From Alphaproteobacteria bacterium (GTDB lineage Bacteria > Pseudomonadota > Alphaproteobacteria > SHVZ01): 64,000 bases of DNA. The position numbers and the translations under genes were made by a program. Shown piece by piece: positions 56,724 to 64,000 of this stretch; position 1 is the first letter of the stretch, and every line of letters starts with the position of its first letter. Under the pieces are notes generated by a model. That model searched no databases, had not been told where the DNA came from, and was given only the letters and a program-made list of their open reading frames with translations. The stretch spans positions 212,269-276,268 of the forward strand of contig JAYRJL010000005.1 in the NCBI GenBank assembly GCA_041906305.1, written 5' to 3'.

Positions 56724-58616
56724 ATGAGCACGAGCCCGCTTCTCCGCGTCAGCGACCTCAAGATCGTCTTCGACCTGCCGGAGGGTCAGCTCGTCGCGGT
56801 CGACGGCGTCAACTTCCGCGTCCGCTACGGCCAGACCACCGCGCTGGTCGGCGAGTCCGGCTCGGGCAAGACCGTCGTCTCGCAGGCGATCCTCAACATC
56901 CTGCCGAAGTCGGCGCGCGTCGCCTCGGGCCAGATCCTGTTCGCCGATCCGGCCAAGGCAGGCACCGTCAACGACATCGCCCACATGCCGCCGGAGAGCC
57001 GCGGCATGCGCGCGATCCGTGGCGGGCGGATCTCGATCATCTTTCAGGAGCCGATGACCTCGCTCTCGGCGCTCCATACGATCGGCGACCAGATCGCCGA
57101 GACGATGGAGCTGCACAAGCCGGTGAGCCGCGCCCAGGCGCTGGAGGCGACCCGCGACATGCTTCGCCTCGTCGGCTTCCCGGATCCGAAGAAGGCGGTC
57201 GACACCTATCCGTTCGAGCTTTCGGGCGGGCTTCGCCAGCGCGCGATGATCGCGATGGCGCTGATCTGCCGGCCGGCGCTGCTGATCGCCGACGAGCCGA
57301 CGACCGCGCTCGACGTCACCATCCAGGCGCAGATCCTGAAGCTGATCGCCGATCTCCAGCAGGAGCTCGGCATGGCGGTGCTGGTCATCACCCACGACCT
57401 CGGCGTCGTCGCCAACGTCGCCCAGGAGGTCGTGGTGATGTACCGCGGCCGGGTCATGGAGGCGGGCACCGTCGAGGACATCTTCCGCGCGCCCGAGCAT
57501 CCCTACCTCAAGGCGCTCATGCGCGCGGTGCCGCGCTTCGGCATGAAGCCGGGCGAGCGCCTGATCCCGCTCCGCGAGATCAAGAGCGAGCAGATGCGCC
57601 TGATGGAGGCGAAGGCCGAGTGGCCCGAGGGCGCGGACGCCGCCGGTCCGCTGCTCAAGGTCGAGGGCGTCGGCAAGCGCTTCCGCATCCGCAAGACCGC
57701 GTGGTTCGGCGACAAGCAGGCCGGCGAGGTGATCGCGGTCGACGACGTCTCCTTCGAGGTGAAGCGCGGCGAATGCCTCGGCCTCGTCGGCGAGTCGGGC
57801 TGCGGCAAGACCACGCTGTCGAAGATCCTGCTGCGCGCGCTCAGGCCCGATGCCGGCTCCGTCGTCTTCAACGACCGCGGCACGCCGGTCGACATGCTGG
57901 CGCTCGAGGGCAACGACCTCGTCAAGTTCCGCACCAAGATGCAGTACGTGTTCCAGGATCCGTTCGGATCCCTGAACCCGCGCATGACCGTCTTCGACAT
58001 CATCGCCGAGCCGCTGGTGATCCATGGGATCGGCCGCGAGGAGGAGCGCCAGGAGCGCGTCAAGGAGCTGATGCGACTGGTCGGCCTCGATGTGCGTCAT
58101 CTCAGGCGCTACCCGCACAGCTTCTCCGGCGGCCAGCGCCAGCGCATCTGCATCGCGCGCGCGCTCGCGCTCCGTCCCGACCTGCTCATCTGCGACGAGC
58201 CGGTGTCCGCGCTCGACGTCTCGATCCAGGCGCAGATCCTCAACCTGCTGAAGGACCTGCAGCAGCAGCTCGGGCTCACTTACCTTTTCATCAGCCACAA
58301 CCTCGCGGTCGTCGACTACGTCGCGCACCGCATCGCGGTGATGTGCGCCGGCCGCCTGGTCGAGATCGCGCCGCGCGAGGTGCTGTTCCGGAACCCGATC
58401 CATCCCTACACGCGGGCGCTGCTTTCGGCGGTGCCCGAGCCCGACCTCGAGCGGAAGCTCGACTTCGCGCATGTCCTCGACAGCAAGGCCTCGGTGCCGT
58501 CCGCCTGGCCGGAGCCGTTCAAGATCGACGGCGAGCTTCGCCCGCGCCTGATCGACGTCGGCGGGGGCCACTACGTCCGCGCCAGCTCGGTGCCGGATCT
58601 CAAGGAGGTCGCGTGA
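56724..58616 (+). CDS. yejF: Fused double-ATPase ABC transporter protein, YejF/DppDF-like (peptide or microcin C transport).
   Basis: There are two Walker A motifs (GESGSGKT and GESGCGKT) and two signature motifs (LSGGLRQR and FSGGQRQR). Confidence 0.9.
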   Translation: MSTSPLLRVSDLKIVFDLPEGQLVAVDGVNFRVRYGQTTALVGESGSGKTVVSQAILNILPKSARVASGQILFADPAKAGTVNDIAHMPPESRGMRAIRGGRISIIFQEPMTSLSALHTIGDQIAETMELHKPVSRAQALEATRDMLRLVGFPDPKKAVDTYPFELSGGLRQRAMIAMALICRPALLIADEPTTALDVTIQAQILKLIADLQQELGMAVLVITHDLGVVANVAQEVVVMYRGRVMEAGTVEDIFRAPEHPYLKALMRAVPRFGMKPGERLIPLREIKSEQMRLMEAKAEWPEGADAAGPLLKVEGVGKRFRIRKTAWFGDKQAGEVIAVDDVSFEVKRGECLGLVGESGCGKTTLSKILLRALRPDAGSVVFNDRGTPVDMLALEGNDLVKFRTKMQYVFQDPFGSLNPRMTVFDIIAEPLVIHGIGREEERQERVKELMRLVGLDVRHLRRYPHSFSGGQRQRICIARALALRPDLLICDEPVSALDVSIQAQILNLLKDLQQQLGLTYLFISHNLAVVDYVAHRIAVMCAGRLVEIAPREVLFRNPIHPYTRALLSAVPEPDLERKLDFAHVLDSKASVPSAWPEPFKIDGELRPRLIDVGGGHYVRASSVPDLKEVA

Positions 58617-60520
58617 TGCGCCTGCTGATCGCCGCACTCCTCGCGCTCGCGACCGTCGATGCGTCCGCGCAGACGACCTATCGCGACCCGCCGAGCCTGC
58701 TCGACGCGGTGCACGCAGGCCAGCTTCCGCCGATCGCCCAGCGCCTGCCCGAGCGGCCCGACGTCGCCAAGCTCTATTCCTTCCAGACGATCGGCCGCCA
58801 CGGCGGCTCGCTCCGGATGATCTCGGGCGGCGCCGGCGACACGCGCTTCGCCGTCGTCTACGGCTATGCCCGGCTCGCCGGGCACGACATGAACTTCAAG
58901 CTGCAGGCCGACATCGCCGAGAAGGTCGAGGTCGAGGGCGACCGGCGCTTCACCTTCCATCTGCGCCCGGGCCACCGCTGGTCGGACGGCCAGCCGTTCA
59001 CCACCGAGGACTTCCGCTACACCTGGGAGGACGTGTTCGGCAACGCGCGGCTGCGTCCGTCGGGCGTGCCGATCGAGATGCTGGTGCACGGCGAGCGGCC
59101 GCTGTTCGAGGTCCTGTCGCCGACCGTCGTCCGATACACGTGGTCGCACCCGAACCCGACATTCCTCGCCTCGCTCGCCGGCCCGCGCCCGCTCGAGATC
59201 TTCGCGCCGGCGCACTACCTCAAGCAGTTCCACGAGAAGTACGCGAAGCCGGAAGACCTCGAGAAGAAGGTCCGCGACGAGCGCGTGCGCAACTGGGCGG
59301 TGCTGCACAATCGCCGCGACAACCAGTACCGTCTCGACAATCCGGATATGCCGACGCTGCAGCCCTGGATGCTGGTGACCGCGCCGCCGGCCGACCGTTT
59401 CGTCTTCAAGCGCAATCCCTTCTATCACCGCGTCGACAGCGAGGGGCGCCAGCTCCCCTACCTCGACGAGCTGGTCATGTCGGTCGCCGACGGCAAGATC
59501 GTGCCGCTGAAGACCGGCGCCGGCGAGGCCGACCTGCAGGCGCGCTACCTCCGCTTCGACAACTACACCTTCCTCAAGGAGGCCGAGCAGCGGAGCGGAT
59601 TCAAGGTCAGGCTGTGGCGCACCGTGCGCGGCGCCGACCAGGCGCTGGTGCCGAACCTCAACGTCAACGATCCGGTGTGGCGCGGCGTGCTGCGCGACGT
59701 CCGCTTCCGCCGCGCGCTCTCGCTCGCCACCAACCGGCACGAGATCAACCAGGTGATCTATTACGGGCTCGGCATCGAGGGGAACAACACGGTGCTGCCG
59801 GGATCGCCGCTCTACAACGACGATCTCCGCACGCGCTGGGCCCGCTACGACATCAGGGCGGCGAACGCCCTGCTCGACGAGATGGGGCTCACCAAGCGCG
59901 ACCACCACGGCATCCGCCTGCTGCCCGACGGCCGGCCGATGAAGATCGTGGTCGAGACCGCCGGCGAGTCGACCGAGCAGATGGACATCCTCGAGCTGGT
60001 GCACGACACCTGGCTCGACCTCGGCATCAAGATCTATCCCAAGGCGCTGCAGCGAGACGTGCTGCGCAACCGCGTCTTCGCCGGCGAGACGGTGATGTGC
60101 ATCTGGTTCGGCGCGGAGTTCGCGCTGGCGGACGCCGACTCCAACCCGCGCGACTTCGTCGTCTCCGAGCAGCAGCAGCTGCAATGGCCGAAATGGGGCC
60201 AGTACCGCGAGACCAAGGGCAAGTCGGGCGAGCCGGCGGATCTGCCGGAGGCGAAGGAGCTGCAGACGCTCGACCACGCCTGGGGCGAGACGGCCGATCC
60301 CGACGTCCGGCGCGGCATCTGGCGGCGGATCCTGGAGATCAACGCCGACCAGCAGTTCACCATCGGCATCGTCGCCGGCGCCATGCAGCCGGTGGTGATC
60401 GGAGCCGCGCTCAAGAACCTGCCGGAGCAGGGCATCTTCAACTGGGAGCCCGGCGCGCAGTTCGGCATGTACCGGCCGGACACCTTCTACTTCGGCAATG
60501 CCGACGTGGCGCAGCGATGA
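58616..60520 (+). CDS. yejA: ABC transporter substrate-binding protein of family 5, YejA-like.
   Basis: It has a signal peptide ([18 protein letters not shown]), is about 634 aa and has the SBP_bac_5 architecture. Its ATG overlaps the yejF stop. Confidence 0.85.
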   Translation: MRLLIAALLALATVDASAQTTYRDPPSLLDAVHAGQLPPIAQRLPERPDVAKLYSFQTIGRHGGSLRMISGGAGDTRFAVVYGYARLAGHDMNFKLQADIAEKVEVEGDRRFTFHLRPGHRWSDGQPFTTEDFRYTWEDVFGNARLRPSGVPIEMLVHGERPLFEVLSPTVVRYTWSHPNPTFLASLAGPRPLEIFAPAHYLKQFHEKYAKPEDLEKKVRDERVRNWAVLHNRRDNQYRLDNPDMPTLQPWMLVTAPPADRFVFKRNPFYHRVDSEGRQLPYLDELVMSVADGKIVPLKTGAGEADLQARYLRFDNYTFLKEAEQRSGFKVRLWRTVRGADQALVPNLNVNDPVWRGVLRDVRFRRALSLATNRHEINQVIYYGLGIEGNNTVLPGSPLYNDDLRTRWARYDIRAANALLDEMGLTKRDHHGIRLLPDGRPMKIVVETAGESTEQMDILELVHDTWLDLGIKIYPKALQRDVLRNRVFAGETVMCIWFGAEFALADADSNPRDFVVSEQQQLQWPKWGQYRETKGKSGEPADLPEAKELQTLDHAWGETADPDVRRGIWRRILEINADQQFTIGIVAGAMQPVVIGAALKNLPEQGIFNWEPGAQFGMYRPDTFYFGNADVAQR

Positions 60521-60539
60521 AAGTCGAGCCCTTGCACCT

Positions 60540-60640
60540 TCCCCCCACCCTGACCCTCCCCCACAAAGGGGGGAGGGGACACGAGGCGTCCTTTCATGCC
60601 CCCTCCTCCTCGATGGGGGAGGGTTGGGGTGGGGGTGGAG
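60540..60640. repeat. Composite GC-rich palindromic repeat, copy 6.
   Basis: The sequence is CCCCCCACCCTGACCCTCCCCCacaaaGGGGGGAGGGG ... CCCCCTCCTCCTCGATGGGGGAGGGTTGGGGTGGGGGTGG. Confidence 0.8.
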
Positions 60641-60667
60641 CCGCACACACGGTGAGAACGGCCTGAC

Positions 60668-61666
60668 ATGTTCGGCTACGTCATCCATCGCCTGCTGGTG
60701 ATGATCCCGACCCTGCTCGCGATCAGCGCGATCACCTTCCTGATCATGCAGCTGCCGCCGGGCGACTTCCTCTCGACCCACATCGCCGAGCTGCAGAGCC
60801 AGGGCGAGTCGGTCGACATGGCCAAGATCGAGTTCCTGCGCCAGCAGTACGGCCTCGACCGCTCGCCGGTGGAGCAGTACTTCCACTGGATCATCGGCAT
60901 GCTGCAGGGCGACTTCGGCTACTCCTTCGAGTTCCAGCTGCCGGTGACCAAGGTGGTCGGCGACAAGATGTGGCTGACGGTGATCATCTCGGTCGCGACC
61001 ATCCTGTTCACCTGGATCGTCAGCTTCCCGATCGCGATCTACTCGGCCACGCACCAGTACTCGTGGACCGACCACGGCCTCACCTTCGTCGGCTTCCTCG
61101 GGCTCGCGACGCCGAACTTCCTGCTGGCGCTCGTGCTGCTCTACTTCGCCAACGTCGTCTTCGGCACCTCGATCGGCGGCCTCATGGACGACCGCTTCCT
61201 CAACGCGCCATGGAGCTGGGAGAAGTTCCGCTCGATCCTGGCGCATCTGTGGGTGCCGACGCTGGTGATCGGCGCCTCGGGCACCGCCGGCATGATCCGG
61301 CGGCTCCGCGCCAACCTGCTGGACGAGCTGCAGAAGCAGTACTACGTGACCGCGCGTGCCAAGGGCATGCCGCCGTTCCGGGCACTGCTCAAGTATCCGC
61401 TCCGCATGTCGCTGAACCCCTTCATCAGCGACATCGGCGGCATCCTGCCGCACATCATCTCCGGTGCGGCGGTGGTCTCGATCGTGATGAACCTGCCGAC
61501 CACCGGGCCGATGCTGCTGCGCGCGCTCCAGGCGCAGGACACCTATCTCGCCGGCTCGTTCCTGATGTTCCTCGCGGTCCTGACGGTGATCGGCGTGTTC
61601 CTCTCCGATCTGGCGCTGGCGGCGCTCGACCCGCGCATCCGTCTCGAAGGCGGGACCAGCCGATGA
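60668..61666 (+). CDS. yejB: ABC transporter permease of the DppB/YejB family.
   Basis: It has the BPD_transp_1 core and the N-terminus MFGYVIHRLLVMIPTLLAISAITFLIMQLPPGDF. Confidence 0.9.
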   Translation: MFGYVIHRLLVMIPTLLAISAITFLIMQLPPGDFLSTHIAELQSQGESVDMAKIEFLRQQYGLDRSPVEQYFHWIIGMLQGDFGYSFEFQLPVTKVVGDKMWLTVIISVATILFTWIVSFPIAIYSATHQYSWTDHGLTFVGFLGLATPNFLLALVLLYFANVVFGTSIGGLMDDRFLNAPWSWEKFRSILAHLWVPTLVIGASGTAGMIRRLRANLLDELQKQYYVTARAKGMPPFRALLKYPLRMSLNPFISDIGGILPHIISGAAVVSIVMNLPTTGPMLLRALQAQDTYLAGSFLMFLAVLTVIGVFLSDLALAALDPRIRLEGGTSR

Positions 61667-62823
61667 CCGCCCAGCAGCCGCTCGACCATTTCGTCAGCAA
61701 GGCGCCGTTCAACCCGGCGACCGACGAGAAGCTCACGCCCGAGCAGGAACGCTACTACATGGCGTCCCAGTGGCAGATGGTGTGGCGGAAGCTCCGCCGT
61801 CACCATCTCGCCGTCGCCTCCGGCGTGATCCTGCTGCTGCTCTACCTCTCGATCTTCATCACCGAGTTCCTGGCGCCCTACGCGCTGGCGACGCGGCACA
61901 CCGACCACCTGTTCGCGCCGCCGCAGACGATCCATTTCTTCCACGAGGGCGAGTTCGTCGGTCCCTTCGTCTACGGCTACACCTACCGCCTCAACATGGA
62001 CAACCTGAAGCGCGAGTACACGCCGGACCCGCGCAAGGTGAACAAGCTCCGCTTCTTCTGCGACGGCGACTCCTACCGCTTCTGGGGCATGGTCGAGATG
62101 GATTTCCATCTCGTCTGCCCGGCTCGGAACACCGAGTTCTTCTGGCTCGGCACCGATCGCCTCGGGCGCGACATGTTCTCGCGCATCATGTACGGCACGC
62201 GGATATCGCTCACGGTCGGGCTCATCGGCATCACGATCTCCTTCGTGCTCGGCATCGTCGTCGGCGGGCTCGCCGGATACTACGGCGGCTGGACGGACGC
62301 GATCGTGCAACGGACGATCGAGTGCATCCGGTCGTTCCCGGAGCTGCCGCTGTGGATGGCGCTGTCGGCGGCGCTGCCGGTCGACTGGAGCCCGATCGTC
62401 ATCTATTTCGGCATCACGATCATCTTAGGATTGCTGGACTGGACCGGCCTGGCGCGCTCGGTGCGCTCGAAGCTGCTGGCGCTGCGCGAGGAGGACTTCT
62501 GCACCGCCGCCGTGCTGATGGGCGCCAAGCCGAGCCGCGTGATCTTCCGCCACCTGATGCCGAGCTTCACCAGCCACCTGATCGCCTCGGCCACGCTCTC
62601 GATCCCCGGCATGATCCTCGGCGAGACCGCGCTGTCGTTCCTGGGATTGGGCCTGCGCCCGCCGATCACAAGCTGGGGCGTGCTGCTCAACGAGGCGCAG
62701 AACATCAACGTGGTCGCGCTCTATCCGTGGCTGATGATCCCGGTGCTGCCGGTGATCGTCACGGTGCTCGCCTTCAACTTCCTCGGCGACGGACTCAGGG
62801 ACGCGGCGGATCCGTACAAGTAG
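61663..62823 (+). CDS. yejE: ABC transporter permease of the DppC/YejE family.
   Basis: It has a C-terminal BPD_transp_1 domain and a long N-terminal extension typical of YejE. Its ATG overlaps the yejB stop. Confidence 0.9.
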   Translation: MTAQQPLDHFVSKAPFNPATDEKLTPEQERYYMASQWQMVWRKLRRHHLAVASGVILLLLYLSIFITEFLAPYALATRHTDHLFAPPQTIHFFHEGEFVGPFVYGYTYRLNMDNLKREYTPDPRKVNKLRFFCDGDSYRFWGMVEMDFHLVCPARNTEFFWLGTDRLGRDMFSRIMYGTRISLTVGLIGITISFVLGIVVGGLAGYYGGWTDAIVQRTIECIRSFPELPLWMALSAALPVDWSPIVIYFGITIILGLLDWTGLARSVRSKLLALREEDFCTAAVLMGAKPSRVIFRHLMPSFTSHLIASATLSIPGMILGETALSFLGLGLRPPITSWGVLLNEAQNINVVALYPWLMIPVLPVIVTVLAFNFLGDGLRDAADPYK

Positions 62824-64000
62824 CTAGGTCGGCCGGCCCGCGTCCCTCAGCGGCTTCGTCAGCAACCCGGCGACGCCCGCCATCGCCGTCGCGCCGCCGA
62901 CCAAGGCGATCGTCGCGGCGATGCCTGCGACGGGCAGGAGGAATCCGGCGAGCGCGCCGCCGATCGGGCGGCCGGATTGCATCAGCATCCGCAGAAGCGC
63001 GAAGGCGCGGCCGCGCGTCGCCTCGGGGATGATCGCCATGCGCAGCGTCTGCGCCCAGGGCGTCAGCGGTGCGTTGGCGATGCCCCAGACGAAGAGCACG
63101 ATGCCGACCGTCACGGCCGTGTCGGTGGCGATCACCAGGATCATCAGGAGACCGGCGGCGACCTCCGCGAGGCAGATGCCGAGACCGAGCCGGACGCGGT
63201 TGCCGAGCTGGCCGATGACGAGCGTGGAGGCGACCTGGCCGGCGAAGATGACGCCGACCAGGATGCCGTAGAGTTCCGGCCCGCCTTTCAGCGTCGTCTC
63301 GACCAGGATCGGCAGCCAAACCGGGATGCTGCCGGTGCCGATGTTGAAGACCAGGAACATGAAGGTGGTGGCGATCAGGATCGGGCTGCCGAAGAGAAGG
63401 CGGACCGCGTCACCGATCGCGACCGAGGCGCGCTTGACCGGCGCCGGCAGCGACAGCTTCAGGCGGAAGAGAATCAGCGCATAGAGGAGATATGTGGCGA
63501 CGTCGAACAGGACGGTCGCCGGCGCGCCGATCCCGGCGATCAGGAACCCGGCGATCACCGGACCCGCGACGCCGGCGGTCGAGTAGCCCAGGCTCTCCAG
63601 CGCGTTCGCGGTCGCCAGCCGCTCCGTCGGCACCAGCGCCAGGATCATCGACGGCGTGCCGGCGAGCGAGATCATCATCAGCAGGCCATGGACGCCAGCC
63701 GCCAAATAGACGTGCCAGACCTCAAGCCATCCGAGGAAATGCAGCGCCGGCACCAGCGCGATGGCGAGGCCGCGGGTGAGGTTGTCGACGGTCATGACGA
63801 GGCGCCGGTCGAAGCGGTCGAGCAGCCAGCCGGCGAGGAAGCCGCCGACCACGATCGGCCCGGTGAAGCAGAGCATCAGCAGGCCGAGCGCCTCGGCCGA
63901 TCCGGTCCTCTCGTAGACGAACCAGACGAAGGCGACCCGGGTCAGCTCGTCGCCGGTCGCCGACGCCATGAGCCCGAGCCAGAAGCGGCGGAACGGCTTG
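62824..64000 (-). CDS. MFS transporter, with the N-terminus beyond the window edge.
   Basis: It has 12-TM MFS-like hydropathy. The frame continues upstream of the track start as ...FRRFWLGLMASATG. Confidence 0.75.
   Translation of the reverse strand, partial: KPFRRFWLGLMASATGDELTRVAFVWFVYERTGSAEALGLLMLCFTGPIVVGGFLAGWLLDRFDRRLVMTVDNLTRGLAIALVPALHFLGWLEVWHVYLAAGVHGLLMMISLAGTPSMILALVPTERLATANALESLGYSTAGVAGPVIAGFLIAGIGAPATVLFDVATYLLYALILFRLKLSLPAPVKRASVAIGDAVRLLFGSPILIATTFMFLVFNIGTGSIPVWLPILVETTLKGGPELYGILVGVIFAGQVASTLVIGQLGNRVRLGLGICLAEVAAGLLMILVIATDTAVTVGIVLFVWGIANAPLTPWAQTLRMAIIPEATRGRAFALLRMLMQSGRPIGGALAGFLLPVAGIAATIALVGGATAMAGVAGLLTKPLRDAGRPT

Overview
A 64 kb chromosomal segment from a high-GC (about 67%) alphaproteobacterium, probably Rhizobiales-like. 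Genes are densely packed, and I found no rRNA, tRNA, CRISPR array, transposase or integrase. The window divides into three parts.

(1) 1-5 kb: the start of a chemotaxis operon on the minus strand (a STAS-domain gene followed by cheA, which is cut at the window edge). Beside it sit a divergent 452-aa gene of unknown function and a Cache-domain MCP.

(2) 5-33 kb: a low-oxygen (FixLJ-FixK) regulatory island. It contains fixL, fixJ, a single-domain receiver (FixT-like) and fixK, together with at least 11 FixK/FNR-type anaeroboxes (TTGA-N6-TCAA) placed before specific genes. These genes are two universal stress protein genes, a Pat-type protein acetyltransferase, an L,D-transpeptidase, a nitroreductase, a lipoprotein, a host-attachment-like protein, an MBL/beta-CASP hydrolase, a CBS-BON protein, a PfkB kinase and small membrane proteins. 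The island also holds a complete Csu-type (spore-coat-U) chaperone-usher pilus operon with four tandem pilin paralogs, two of them behind their own FixK boxes. Further along are an AAA+ ATPase plus PrsW-like membrane protease pair, an MFS-type transporter and an NSS sodium symporter.

(3) 33-64 kb: housekeeping and accessory metabolism. This part holds an alcohol dehydrogenase, a molybdoenzyme maturation set (coxD/coxE, a split xdhC, a MoCF-MobA fusion, sufS and a NifU-like gene), mucR/ros and two SDRs coupled to dimethylformamidase-like genes. It also holds a DMT exporter, a DinG-like helicase, a SprA-related metalloprotease, a yejABEF-like peptide ABC transporter and a truncated MFS gene at the window end.

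This third part also carries six copies of a composite GC-rich palindromic repeat (CCCCCACCC...CCCTCCCCC-loop-GGGGGAGGG). One copy is expanded and holds a DUF559 endonuclease gene between 43-bp terminal inverted repeats. That copy looks like the autonomous member of a MITE-like family.
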